Origin: Candidatus Zipacnadia bacterium
GTDB taxonomy: Bacteria; Armatimonadota; Zipacnadia; Zipacnadales; JABUFB01
Assembly: GCA_029821745.1 (NCBI GenBank)
Contig: JALGSS010000001.1
Location: 1-56,456, forward strand
Length of the DNA stretch: 56,456 nucleotides
Direction of reading: 5' to 3'
In this document: positions 39,662 to 49,974 of the stretch, piece after piece
How positions within the stretch are numbered: position 1 is the stretch's first letter
Layout of the letters: each line of letters opens with the position of its first letter
Program-made: the position numbers and the translations under genes
The notes under the pieces: model-generated
Database searches by the model: none
Told to the model about the DNA's origin: nothing
Seen by the model: the letters and a program-made list of their open reading frames with translations, nothing else

Positions 39662-42600
39662 CTACCCACCTCCGCCACCTCTGGCCAGGCCGAGGGAGCA
39701 GATGATGCGGGGCTCCTCTGGCCGCTCTGCCTGGTCCTCAACGTGGCACAGCCGACCTTCCTCACGCAAAGTGAGAACGAGTTCGGCCAGCGCTTCGTCG
39801 GAGATGCCGCTGCGGAGTTGCCGATTCAATGCATCGGTCGCGACCGAACGCAGGGGAGACCGGTAGATATCGTCGATGGCCTTGCGGAGTTCCGGGGTGT
39901 CGAAGAGCGTCCCTCTCACCTCGCCCGAGTCCGCGAACCGCTTGAGCCGTTCATACGTGCGGAACCGGGCACCGGATGGCCGGCCAAGTGCACCACCGAC
40001 TGACTTCTCCTCCTCCACGACGAGTTCGACGGCCTTCTTCACGAGAGCGTGGTGGTCCTGCTGCCGCGGCAGGGCTTGGGTGTCCGGCTCGCATGCGGAG
40101 GCCTTGAGGATGGTGAACTGCGACTCGGTCACGCTCTCGCCATTCCGGTTGATCCAGGCAAGTGCATCCGTTCCTTCCGCTGTTCGGGCGTAAACCAGCG
40201 CACCCTCCGGCTCGGCGTCTGTGGGCTCGTGCGGCTTTGTGGAATAGACAACCGATGGCAAACGCGCGATTTCCTTTTCGAGATTCGGATCGCGCGTGAT
40301 GGCGTTCTTCCAGATCTGATAGGCGTAAGAGGCGAGGTCCACCTCCGTATCCGGATCATCGTCCAGGATGCCGGCCTTCTCGTGATACAGGTCCAGGATG
40401 GCTTGATCGTTCCGGTCATCTTCGAAGAACGTCTCGTCCGTGCCAACGACCTCGGCGTTCTCCGTCAGTCTGGTCCGCACGCGCCCTCGGAGGTGGATGA
40501 TCCGTTCAACGCCATCAGCCGGCAGGAACGAGTAACACAGGATGCCTTCCGCTCGCTGGCCAATTCTGTCCACGCGGCCGGCACGCTGGATAAGCCTGAT
40601 GATCGCCCAGGGCAAGTCATAGTTGACCACGATGAAGCAGTCCTGAAGGTTCTGGCCCTCGCTGAGTACGTCCGTGGCCACGAGGACGCGGAGTTCGTCT
40701 TCCGGCCGGATCGATTCGCGCTTCTCGTTGCTCTCGGGGCTGAAGCGCCAGGCGAGCCGGGTCGGGTCGGGTGAATCCCCGGTGACGCCTTCCAGCCGGT
40801 CCAGCCCGCGTTTCTTGAGTTGCTCCGCCAGGTAGCGCACGGTGTCAGCGAACTGCGTGAAGACGATGACCTTGTCGCGGGCGTGCTTCGCCGTCAGGAG
40901 TTGCTGAAGGGCTCGGAGCTTCGTGTCCCTTTCCGGACGCCAATCACCGTGCTCTTGCAGAATTCGAAGCAGGGCCAACGCGTCCTTCCGAAGGTCGGTC
41001 GCCAGGTCCTCGATGAAAAGATTCGCGCGGAGCCACCTGAACCGGTGCGTGTGAGTCGTCACATACTCCTGGTAGACCGCGGCGGCACGCTCCTCGAACT
41101 GAGATTCGCCGCGGAACGAGGCCGCAGGTTCCTCGCCCTGGGCAACCTCTTCGTCTTCCTCGAAGACGTCCCGCATGGAGACGTCCTCGTCGCAGTACCG
41201 GTCGTCAAGAAGACGCGCGTCCTGGGGGCCGATCGGGAGGTGCTGGCCGGTCTCAAGGGCGTGCAGGAAAACGTAGTTTCGCAGGATGTGGCGCTCAACG
41301 GACTGGAGGAAGGCGTGACCGCTGCTTTCCAGCCGCTTGAACAGATTCGTTCGGCAGAAGCCCTTGAGCCGTTTGCCCGCGCGCGACAGGTCGTCTATCG
41401 CTTTCACCTCGTTGGTCGTTGGTGGCTCGTGCGGCGTCGGGGCGAGGTAGTTGCCCAGACCGTATCTCGGCAGCCGTAGGTCCTCAATCGTGTGCACCAC
41501 GCCGGGAGAGTAGAGACGCGCGTACTGGTCCTCAGGATCGCGGTCGTCGATCTCGAACATGACCGTGCGTGGTACCCGGTTGGGGAAATATGAGCGCGTG
41601 CCATCCTCGAATGTGAGGAACTTGCGGCCGCTCTCGGGATCCGTCTCGGCGTAGTTCTCCTGGATGAACGTTCGCGTTCGGCGCACAAGGTAGAGCCGCA
41701 TGAGTTCGCGCCAATCGTCCGGATAGTCGCTGTGCTCGAAGGCCGCCAGGGATCGGAGCGAGGCTTGGTGGCGCCGGACGAACTCCGTCTCACCGATGTC
41801 GCGCAGGTAGCGTTCCGGGCGAATCCCCACGTCCTGGTCGTCGGGCACGAACAGGCGAAGCTGGTTCGACAGATCGAGGTACGTCTTGTTGTAGGGCGTG
41901 GCCGACAGCAGGATGCATCGGCTCTCGTTCTCGCGGATGTACTCTTGGATGGCCCGGTAGCGCTTGCCTTCGCGGTTCCGCAGGTTGTGGCTCTCATCGA
42001 TGATGATGAGCCGGAAGCGGCGCAGGTCTGGGAGTGCATTGATGACCCGCGAAATGGAGAGCACCTTCGCGCGCAGACGGTACCGGATGCGGTAGTCCTC
42101 CCACATGCCCACGAGGTTCTTCGGGCAGATGATGAGCGTCTCAAGGAAGTGATCGTCCTCGAAGATGCGCGCCACGGCCGTGGCCATCAGCGTCTTGCCG
42201 AGGCCCACGACATCGCCGATGAGGACGCCGCCCCGCTTGTTCAGATGGTGAGCGGCGATCTGAACCGCCGCCTTCTGGTACTCGAACAGCCGATTCCCGA
42301 AGTCCGCGGGGATCCGAAACTCCGAGAGTCCAGCCCGGGCCTCTTGAGACAGGTGGTAGGCCATCTTGACGTAGATGTGATACGGCGGAATCGGCGTCTC
42401 GCGGGCCCAGCTCTCGTCGATGATCGCGGCGAGTTCGTCAGAGATATCGATGCACCAGCGGTCGTTCCACCGGTCCTCGAACCACTTGGCCAACTTCTGG
42501 CAGGCATCCGCATCCAGGACGTCGACGTTCAGCTCGCCTTGGCTGACCAGGCCAGGGAGGGTCAGGTTGCTGCTGCCAAGGTATCCCACAATGGGGTTGA

Positions 42601-43051
42601 TGGGATCAGGGCGGAAGAGCAGATAGAGTTTCGCGTGAAGAGGATGCCGCAGGAAGAGCTTCACGACCACCTTCCTGGCCTTGATCTGCGCGGCCAGGCG
42701 CCGAAGCCCCGCCTCGTCCTCGTTGGTCGGGACGCCCACGGTGAGTTGCTCGCGGAACTCCTCGGCCAGCCGCCGCTTGAGACGGAGAGCGGTCTGGTTG
42801 TCCAGCCGTTCCTGGCCACGACCGAGGCGCAGGCCTTCGCGAAGATCCTCTTGAGGCAGACGCTGCATGCCGACCAGCACACGGCAACCGTGCCCTGGAC
42901 CACCGGACCACCCCTCGATGTGGGCATCCAGGCTCTTCCAACCCCGCAGGTTGAAGTACCCGACGCAGAAGTCAGCGCGATCTGAGAGCGCCAACGTCTC
43001 CCTGAGTGCCGGCAGCAGCTTCTGATCGATGTTGTCGAAGATGCGTGGCAT
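39662..43051 (-). CDS. PLD-nuclease / SNF2-type helicase
   Basis: [19 protein letters not shown] (PLD); [46 protein letters not shown]. Confidence 0.9.
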   Translation of the reverse strand: MPRIFDNIDQKLLPALRETLALSDRADFCVGYFNLRGWKSLDAHIEGWSGGPGHGCRVLVGMQRLPQEDLREGLRLGRGQERLDNQTALRLKRRLAEEFREQLTVGVPTNEDEAGLRRLAAQIKARKVVVKLFLRHPLHAKLYLLFRPDPINPIVGYLGSSNLTLPGLVSQGELNVDVLDADACQKLAKWFEDRWNDRWCIDISDELAAIIDESWARETPIPPYHIYVKMAYHLSQEARAGLSEFRIPADFGNRLFEYQKAAVQIAAHHLNKRGGVLIGDVVGLGKTLMATAVARIFEDDHFLETLIICPKNLVGMWEDYRIRYRLRAKVLSISRVINALPDLRRFRLIIIDESHNLRNREGKRYRAIQEYIRENESRCILLSATPYNKTYLDLSNQLRLFVPDDQDVGIRPERYLRDIGETEFVRRHQASLRSLAAFEHSDYPDDWRELMRLYLVRRTRTFIQENYAETDPESGRKFLTFEDGTRSYFPNRVPRTVMFEIDDRDPEDQYARLYSPGVVHTIEDLRLPRYGLGNYLAPTPHEPPTTNEVKAIDDLSRAGKRLKGFCRTNLFKRLESSGHAFLQSVERHILRNYVFLHALETGQHLPIGPQDARLLDDRYCDEDVSMRDVFEEDEEVAQGEEPAASFRGESQFEERAAAVYQEYVTTHTHRFRWLRANLFIEDLATDLRKDALALLRILQEHGDWRPERDTKLRALQQLLTAKHARDKVIVFTQFADTVRYLAEQLKKRGLDRLEGVTGDSPDPTRLAWRFSPESNEKRESIRPEDELRVLVATDVLSEGQNLQDCFIVVNYDLPWAIIRLIQRAGRVDRIGQRAEGILCYSFLPADGVERIIHLRGRVRTRLTENAEVVGTDETFFEDDRNDQAILDLYHEKAGILDDDPDTEVDLASYAYQIWKNAITRDPNLEKEIARLPSVVYSTKPHEPTDAEPEGALVYARTAEGTDALAWINRNGESVTESQFTILKASACEPDTQALPRQQDHHALVKKAVELVVEEEKSVGGALGRPSGARFRTYERLKRFADSGEVRGTLFDTPELRKAIDDIYRSPLRSVATDALNRQLRSGISDEALAELVLTLREEGRLCHVEDQAERPEEPRIICSLGLARGGGGG

Positions 43052-43363
43052 AGTCCCCCTCGCCCCCTCGGTCGCTCCACCAGCGCCAACCAACCTGTGC
43101 GAAAGGATCTCGGCGGGTCACGTCGCCTTCTGTGCCCTCGTTTCTCGGTGGCCACCCGCGCAGTATACACAATCACGCCTCCGTCGGAAAGGGGCTGCCA
43201 GTTGCCTACCGGGAACTGTCCCTGGAACCACGTTCCTGCGCGCTGAGGCGTGGTCTTGTCCTGCCTTGGCGTCTGTCTGCGGGCGGGATAAGCGGGCTGG
43301 CGGTGCTGAAAGAGCCCTCGAAGGTTCCGCTGTCGCGCCCCCCCAGGGTTGAAACTCGTTCGG

Positions 43364-43560
43364 CTCGGGGAGCCAACGCCAAATCCAAGCCGGCATCTCA
43401 CCCGACACCGGCTTTTCTCATGCCGGCGCCGGGCCGCGAAAGCGCGCGTCTAACCTATTGAAATCAAGCAGGTTACGCCAAAGCGCCCCTGCCCGGCCGT
43501 CGCCTTCCTCTCCCCTCGTTAGCTGCCGCGCGCCTCTCTCCCGCCCCTCGGCCCTTTGCT
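43364..43560 (+). repeat. diverged copy of the tRNA-Asn 3' end and downstream arm (att-like)
   Basis: CTCGGGGAGCCA, then GCCGGCATCTCACCCGACACCGGCTTTTCT and CGCGCGTCTAACCTATTGAAATCAAGCAGGTT, colinear with 13509-13700. Confidence 0.75.
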
Positions 43561-44672
43561 CTCGAACTCCCCCCCCTCCCGACCGCCGCAGCCCGCGTGA
43601 CGCTGCTCGGGACGGACATTCCGGAGGGCATCTCGACGGCCTCGCGGGAAGGGGCCGTCGGCTCCGACGTAGTCTGGGGCACGAAGCGCCACAGGGTCCT
43701 CACCCGTGAAGGAGCTGCCCCTGGGCGCGCAGTGCGACGCCCGAGTGGGGCGCCTCTGTCTCTGGCCATCCATCCCAGGTCCAGACCACCTTACAGAATG
43801 CCCGAGAAGCCGCCCAGAATCGCCTCTCCGAGTCGCGGCCGACCAAGGGAGTAGGGAGGGACCACCCCCGCCAATCTGTGCACCTCTACGAGTCGCTGAG
43901 CGCGTCCTACGCACCGTTCAACGACACGCCACCCGCAGATACGGGCCGAAGGCATGCCTCGGGACATCAACGTGCGTTCTGCGACGACAGCAGGCCCCTC
44001 AGAGGCATCCATGGACCAATGTGTGAGGCCAGGGGGACCTGAAACGGAGTGGGGAAGTGCTCGAAGTGGTAGAAACCGGTGGCAGGCGGTAGAATGGAAG
44101 TGATGCGGCGTTCGCACCTGGCGCTTCGGTTCCGCTGGCCATTCCTGATGCACGCGCGCGCGCGACACGCGCGCGCGACACGCGCGCGCGAGTTCTCTCG
44201 GAATCTGCTGGCAGTTCCGGCCTGCGCAGCGTCCGCCTGTTGTGACAAGCCCGGCCAGGCCGTGCCACAACGCGCAGCGGATGAGTCAGTGCCCCTCCCA
44301 AGCAGGGCCCGAAGATATAGCAAGCGTCCGGACCGACTAGTTTTTTCCGTGCGCGCGCGCGCGCGAGGCACCGACGTGGGAGTGAAATCGGCGACACCAC
44401 CTCGGCGCAGTAACACCCCGTTCCGTTACGCACCGGTCTCGGCGACGCCGCGGACACACTTGCTCGAACGGTTCGGGCCCCGCCAGATCGCCCGAATCTG
44501 GCCCTCCAGGGCACGCTTGTGGCCCGAATCTCTGGGGGAGATCTGTGCCAGACTTGAAGACATGGGCCGTGGGGGTTAGTCTATTGCACAGCACTTGCAC
44601 GCTCCCGGCAGGGCAGACCCGCAGAGGGGGGCAGGGCGGTCGCTCTCGGGTCGAGATAGGGGAGGCAGTTAC

Positions 44673-46058
44673 ATGGGGTCAGACGCGACGGAACCGGACC
44701 AAGCACTTGATTTGACGACGCTATTCGACGCTTTCGACGGGCTACGACAGTGGCTCGATTTCACGATCTGGTTCCTGTCTGAGCATCCGCGCGGCCCGCA
44801 TGTGATGTTCGACTGGTTCGCTGAGGAGAATGATTACGAGTGGGTCCCCCGATGGCCCGACCCCCCCCACATCTCGAAGATGACCCCCCATTTTGGCCGG
44901 TTCGTAGGGGAGTTCCGTGCTTCGAATATTCCTGGCTCGCTGTGGGTGCACTGGCTCAACGAAGGCGAGATAGGGGGGTGCCGCACGGTGGACTTCCTTG
45001 CGTATCTGCACGAGGGCATTGCCACCTGGACTCGAAAGGTCCACCAAGTGGCGGGAACGCCGCCTCCCTGGCAGCCGCGTTCGGATCTCTTTCCTCAGGG
45101 TGGCACGTTGGGAGAAGTCCACGCCGACTATCTCGAGGTCCGGAAGCAGGTGATATCCTTCTACGCTGAAGTCGTCTCCAAGGCCAAGGTACCGGGAGCC
45201 GCCTTCGTTGATTTTCCTGAGCCTGTGCCCCCTCCCTCCGATGTGGACGCGCGCGACCACCAAATGGCGGCAGACGCCGGCCAGGTTTGCCCTGAGCCTC
45301 TGTCGCTGTGCACCAACGGGAACGCTACGGCGACGCTGTCCAAACTTGCCGAAGAGGATGCGGCAAAGCGGGCGCAGACCCCAGCAGAGCGGTCATTGGA
45401 CGAAGGACCATACGTCTTCCGGAAAGAATGTGACTACTGGATCATCCGCCACGAGGGACGCTACCTGCCGCAGGTGAAGGACTGCAAGGGCCTGTACTAC
45501 ATCGCCTACCTGCTGGCGCGGCCAGAAGAGAAGGTCCCCGCCCTTATACTCTCGGACGCCTACCAGGGGCAGCCTGTTTCTCCAGGGAATGGCCAGGAGG
45601 CAGACCTGTTGCGCGGGGACGACCAACGCAGAGAGCGCAGCGGCGTTCATGTCGATGCCATCGCGGACCAGGCAGACCTAGAGAGCCTGCGACGCAGGCT
45701 CAAGGAGATCGAGGCGCAATTCGAGGACGTGAGAGAGGATCGGACCCTGTCTGCCGTAGAGAGAGACGTGATGCTGGGGGAGCTGCAAACGAGATTGGGC
45801 CGAGACAAAGAGGGTATTCTCAAGACCATCGCCCAATCGACGGGTTTGGGCGGAAGACCTCGGTCATTCAGCACCCTCGCCGAGAGGGCGCGGAAGGCCG
45901 TAGGTGAAGCCATAAGGCGAGCCCAAGAGGCGATTCGCAAGAACGAGGAGGCAAGGTGGCCGGATACCCCGCTCTGGCAACACCTTGATACCGACCTACA
46001 CCTTGGCTCCTTCTGTTCCTACACTCCACGTTCTCCTATCCCCTGGTCACTTCGCTGA
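44673..46058 (+). CDS. putative transcriptional regulator of the integrative element
   Basis: GGAGG RBS; C-terminal FRKECDYWII..KGLYYIAYLLARP and ERARKAV..AI..LWQHL..GSFCSY, seen in C-terminal DNA-binding regions of ATPase-type regulators. Confidence 0.6.
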   Translation: MGSDATEPDQALDLTTLFDAFDGLRQWLDFTIWFLSEHPRGPHVMFDWFAEENDYEWVPRWPDPPHISKMTPHFGRFVGEFRASNIPGSLWVHWLNEGEIGGCRTVDFLAYLHEGIATWTRKVHQVAGTPPPWQPRSDLFPQGGTLGEVHADYLEVRKQVISFYAEVVSKAKVPGAAFVDFPEPVPPPSDVDARDHQMAADAGQVCPEPLSLCTNGNATATLSKLAEEDAAKRAQTPAERSLDEGPYVFRKECDYWIIRHEGRYLPQVKDCKGLYYIAYLLARPEEKVPALILSDAYQGQPVSPGNGQEADLLRGDDQRRERSGVHVDAIADQADLESLRRRLKEIEAQFEDVREDRTLSAVERDVMLGELQTRLGRDKEGILKTIAQSTGLGGRPRSFSTLAERARKAVGEAIRRAQEAIRKNEEARWPDTPLWQHLDTDLHLGSFCSYTPRSPIPWSLR

Positions 46059-46072
46059 CCAAATTCCCATTT

Positions 46073-46110
46073 GCCACGCCAAATGTGGCGTCGCCACGCC
46101 TGATGTGGCG
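46073..46110. promoter_or_regulatory. two tandem palindromic operator-like sites
   Basis: GCCACGCCAAATGTGGCG and GCCACGCCTGATGTGGCG, 20-bp period. Confidence 0.6.
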
Positions 46111-46168
46111 CCATCCATTACGGGCGAGCGATGAGTGCTACGCGCCGTGGTAATGGAGGCCATTGATC

Positions 46169-46396
46169 ATGGTGGGAACGACGCAGGTACTTGAAGCGTT
46201 GCGCGGCGAGGGGTTCAAGGTCTCGCACAGTCACCTCGGGTGGCTGATCCGTGACCGCATCTTCATCCCCCAGCAGAAGGGGCCAAGAGGGGCGTGGTTC
46301 TGGGGGCCAGGGGACGCCGAAGGACCGCGCCATGTCTTGCGCCGCCGCGGCCGCGTACGGGTTGAAGCGGGCGCGGAAAGGAGGATCGGCCAATGA
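46169..46396 (+). CDS. small MerR/excisionase-like HTH protein
   Basis: GGAGG RBS; TTQVLEAL..HLGWLIRDR..GAWFW; ATGA overlap with primase. Confidence 0.5.
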   Translation: MVGTTQVLEALRGEGFKVSHSHLGWLIRDRIFIPQQKGPRGAWFWGPGDAEGPRHVLRRRGRVRVEAGAERRIGQ

Positions 46397-49128
46397 GTAA
46401 CATACCGATCGAGAGAGTGCTGGCCGGCCTGCTCGATGTGACCGGGTACGAGCCGCGCAGGCGCGGGAGGGAGTGGTCGGCCAAGTGCCCTGCACATGAG
46501 GATACGACTCCGTCCCTTTCCGTTGGTGTTGGCGAAGATGGACGTGTGCTTCTGTGCTGCCACGCGGGATGCACGGCGGCGGATGTGTGCCGGGCCATTG
46601 GCCTGACAGAAAAAGACCTCTTCCCGGCGAAGCGAGGGTCCCGCCGTAGGCGTGCGAAGCGCCGGATTGTCGCCACGTACGACTACCGTGAGCCTGAAGG
46701 CGCCCTTCTCTTCCAGGTGGTGCGCGACCGGCCCAAACGTTTCTGGCAGCGGCGGCCTGATGGGAAGGGCGGGTGGCACCATGACCTTGGTGGCGTCAAG
46801 CGGGTGCTCTACCGGCTCCCTGAACTCCAGGCCGCCGACCGCAATGAGTGGGTGTACGTCTGCGAGGGTGAGAAAGACGCGGACCACCTGAAGGACATCG
46901 GTCTCGTCGCGACGACGAGCCCCGGTGGGGCGGGCAAGTGGCGGCCGAAATACGGGGAATCTCTGCGCGGCCGACGCGTCGCCATTCTGCCGGACAATGA
47001 CCTGGCAGGCCACAATCACGGCGAGGCCGTGGCCCGAGCGCTTCACGAGGCTGCTGCGGATGTCCGTATCGTGCACCTGCCTGACCTCTCACAGAAAGGC
47101 GATGTCACCGACTGGCTGGAGGCCGGCGGTACCAGCGAGGCGCTGATAGACCTGGTCGAAGCGACGGGCGCTTACGTCCCCCCCGCGCAGGACGATTCCG
47201 CGCGGCCACGGGGCGAGAAGACCGACTGTTCCTACCGGGCGACGTCCGACGGACTGGTCTGGCTCAAGCCGACTCGTGAAGGGTCCGTGGACGTCCCGCT
47301 GACCAATTTCACTGCGCGAATCATCGGCGATATCGTGCGTGATGACGGGGTGGAGCATTCGCTGACCTTCGAGATCGAGGCCACCCAGAACAACCGGACC
47401 ATGACCTTCCAGGTCCCGGCCAGGCGCTTCGATTCGATGTCCTGGGCCACGCAGCACCTGGGCGCCTCGGCGGCCGTCCTACCCGGCTTCGGCCTCAAAG
47501 ACCGCGCGCGCTTTGCCATTCAAATCCTTTCGGGCCCAACGATTGAGCGGCGCCACGTGTTTCTCTGCACCGGCTGGCGTGACATCGGGGGCGTACCCGT
47601 ATTCGTGCACGGGGGCGGCGGGATCGGACCCGATGGCCCGGTACCCGGCATTGAGGTTGATCTGCCGCCGTCCCTTGCGCGGTTCGAGCTGCCCGCGCCG
47701 GCCACAGGCGAGGCCCTCCGCAAGGCCATACGCACAACGCTCGGGCTCCTGGATATCGGTCCGGACACCGTGACGGTCCCGCTGGTCTGTGCGGTGTGGC
47801 GAGCGGTCCACGGCCCTGCCGACTTCTCGCTTCACATCGCAGGCCCGACCGGTGCCGGGAAGACGGTCTTGGCGGCACTCATTCAGCAACACTTCGGGGC
47901 CGAACTCGGCGAACGGAACCTTCCAGCCAGTTGGACTTCAACAGCGAACAGCCTGGAGGAGCTGGCGTTCCTCGCCAAGGACGCCCTGATGGTCGTGGAT
48001 GACTTCGCTCCGGGAGGTACGGCACTCGACAGAGCCCGGCTACACGGGCAGGCGGACCGGCTACTGCGGTCGCAGGGGAACAGGTCCGGCCGGGCACGGA
48101 TGGCGCGCGACGCGTCGCTCCGCGCGGGCAGGCCACCGCGAGGGCTGCTGGTTTCCACCGGGGAGGATGTGCCGTTAGGCCAGTCGTTGCGTGCGCGGGT
48201 GCTCGTGCTTGAACTCGGGCCAACGGATCTGGACTGGCAGGCCGTCACCCAGTGTCAGCACGAGGCCGAGAGAGGCACTTACGCCGCGACGATGGCGGCG
48301 TTCCTGCGGTGGCTTGCTTCGCGGCGCGGCGGTGAGGGCAAGGAGGCCAAGTGCCTGCGCAACGAAGTGCGTCAGTTGCGCTCCGAGATTCGGCACTCCG
48401 GCTCGCACCGACGGACTGCCGAGATCATTGCCCATCTCGGGGTGGGATGGCGCCGGTTCCTCGCGTTCGCTGAAGCGGTAGGGGCGGTTTCGTCCTCGGA
48501 GCACGGTCGGCTTTGGGAGCGTGCATGGAAGGCCCTTGGCGCGGTTGCAGAAGCGCAGGCGGCTTTCCTGCGTTCAGCCGATCCCGTCGAGCGGTTCCGC
48601 GAACTCCTCGTGAGTGCGTTTCAGGCCGGGGCTGGACATGTGGCCGCTCGAAGCGGCGGGCCGCCGGCCGAGGAATACGAGTCTCCCGGCCGGTGGGGCT
48701 GGCGCCGAGATTTCCGCGACTTGTCCGATTCACGGTGGCAGCCAATGGGCGATCGCATCGGCTCCCTGGTTGCCGACGAGGTGTACCTGGACCCCGACGC
48801 TTCGTACCGGGTGGCGAACCGAATGGCCTCTGACGGCAGCGGCATACCAGTCGCGGCTCTGACACTGCGTAAGCGGCTGCACGAGGCCGGCGTACTCCAG
48901 AGGCGCGAGCGGGGCAAACTGACCACTTATCGCGTCGTCGATGGGGTCCGACAGAGGGTGCTGGTGCTGCCGAAGGCGTGGCTGACTGCTCTCATGTCGA
49001 ACATACCGGGGCATTCGGGGATTTCGGGGAGCGACCCACCTGGGAGGTCCGAGGAGGTGGGTTCGGCCTCCAAGTCCGTCCCCGGTCTTGCTTGCGGTGG
49101 TGGGCAGAGAACCGGGGACAGGTCGTGA
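46393..49128 (+). CDS. primase-helicase (Zn finger + TOPRIM + DUF927-like/SF3 helicase)
   Basis: CPAHED..CHAGC; VCEGEKDAD, ILPDNDLAG, KGDVTDW; GPTGAGKT, VVDDF, STGE. Confidence 0.88.
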   Translation: MSNIPIERVLAGLLDVTGYEPRRRGREWSAKCPAHEDTTPSLSVGVGEDGRVLLCCHAGCTAADVCRAIGLTEKDLFPAKRGSRRRRAKRRIVATYDYREPEGALLFQVVRDRPKRFWQRRPDGKGGWHHDLGGVKRVLYRLPELQAADRNEWVYVCEGEKDADHLKDIGLVATTSPGGAGKWRPKYGESLRGRRVAILPDNDLAGHNHGEAVARALHEAAADVRIVHLPDLSQKGDVTDWLEAGGTSEALIDLVEATGAYVPPAQDDSARPRGEKTDCSYRATSDGLVWLKPTREGSVDVPLTNFTARIIGDIVRDDGVEHSLTFEIEATQNNRTMTFQVPARRFDSMSWATQHLGASAAVLPGFGLKDRARFAIQILSGPTIERRHVFLCTGWRDIGGVPVFVHGGGGIGPDGPVPGIEVDLPPSLARFELPAPATGEALRKAIRTTLGLLDIGPDTVTVPLVCAVWRAVHGPADFSLHIAGPTGAGKTVLAALIQQHFGAELGERNLPASWTSTANSLEELAFLAKDALMVVDDFAPGGTALDRARLHGQADRLLRSQGNRSGRARMARDASLRAGRPPRGLLVSTGEDVPLGQSLRARVLVLELGPTDLDWQAVTQCQHEAERGTYAATMAAFLRWLASRRGGEGKEAKCLRNEVRQLRSEIRHSGSHRRTAEIIAHLGVGWRRFLAFAEAVGAVSSSEHGRLWERAWKALGAVAEAQAAFLRSADPVERFRELLVSAFQAGAGHVAARSGGPPAEEYESPGRWGWRRDFRDLSDSRWQPMGDRIGSLVADEVYLDPDASYRVANRMASDGSGIPVAALTLRKRLHEAGVLQRRERGKLTTYRVVDGVRQRVLVLPKAWLTALMSNIPGHSGISGSDPPGRSEEVGSASKSVPGLACGGGQRTGDRS

Positions 49129-49264
49129 TGGCGATTCGATACCGGGGGTCTTCGTCCCCGATGCCCTCCCCTGTTTCTATGCGAGCGGGGACGAAATGGA
49201 AGAAGAAGGCGACCTTGGCGGCCTACGAAGGCCCCTCATCCCCGATATCCCCGGTATCCCCTGC
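49005..49264. other. iteron-like array, candidate replication origin
   Basis: Three 9-bp CGGGG(A) repeats at 49005-49031 facing three inverted copies at 49238-49264, with single copies between, at the 3' end of the primase. Confidence 0.55.
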
Positions 49265-49483
49265 TCATCACGCATGTCATGAGGAGCCGGTCGGTGATGG
49301 AACTGTGAAGCAACGACGGCCGGGAAAGGCCGTGGGCGGCCCAAAGACGGGCGCAGGCAGGCGAAGTGGTGCGGCAACACCACAGGATCGTGCAGCGACA
49401 AGGAGCAAAGGGCGATGAACGTGGCGCAAACGAAGGCGGCGAGGGGCGGGGCGCCTCGTGCGGATGGCCGTGAGCGCGGCCAG

Positions 49484-49708
49484 ATGGCAGAGGCGCAGGT
49501 GACGACGACGGAGCCGGAGCCGTACCGGCTGCTGTCGGCTGACAGCGTGGCCGAGGCGCTGGGCGTGTCGAAGCGGCAGGTGTGGCGGCTGCGGTCGGCG
49601 GGACGGCTGCCGGAGCCGGTGCGGATCGGCCGGTGCGTCCGCTGGCGAGCCGCGGACTTGGCGGAGTGGGTCAGGGACGGATGCAGAAATCCTGAGAAAT
49701 TCAGTTGA
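49484..49708 (+). CDS. AlpA/excisionase family HTH protein
   Basis: LLSADSVAEALGVSKRQVWRL...GRLPEPVRIGRCVRWR..DL.EW. Confidence 0.85.
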   Translation: MAEAQVTTTEPEPYRLLSADSVAEALGVSKRQVWRLRSAGRLPEPVRIGRCVRWRAADLAEWVRDGCRNPEKFS

Positions 49709-49744
49709 CAGCAGGAATACCGTATAGTATATACTGTACGGTAT
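49705..49744 (+). promoter_or_regulatory. promoter with 28-bp palindromic operator overlapping the -10 box and start codon
   Basis: TTGACA at 49705; ATACCGTATAGTATATACTGTACGGTAT at 49717-49744 (one mismatched pair). Confidence 0.72.
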
Positions 49745-49967
49745 GAGCACCCGCAAGCGGACGTTGACTGAGATTCTGCGGCAGGCGGCGGAGGCCGACG
49801 AGCGGTCGATCTTCGCCTTGGCCCGAGACGCCAATGTCCCGTATCCCGTGCTCTACCGGTTCCTGAAGGGCGACGCGACCGGCAGAAAGCAGAGCCTGCA
49901 CCTGACGACGGCTGACAAACTGGCCGCCGCGTTGGGGCTCGAACTGAGGCCGAAACGGCGGAGGTGA
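49743..49967 (+). CDS. XRE/Cro-like HTH repressor, apparently leaderless
   Basis: SIFALARDANVPYPVLYRFL..LHLTTADKLAAALGLEL; no RBS, ATG just after the -10 box. Confidence 0.8.
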   Translation: MSTRKRTLTEILRQAAEADERSIFALARDANVPYPVLYRFLKGDATGRKQSLHLTTADKLAAALGLELRPKRRR

Positions 49968-49974
49968 ATGAGCC

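Noticed and set aside
44150-49264. CRISPR array among the short repeats
   Set aside because: Repeats are 9-20 bp without unique spacers, and no cas genes are present
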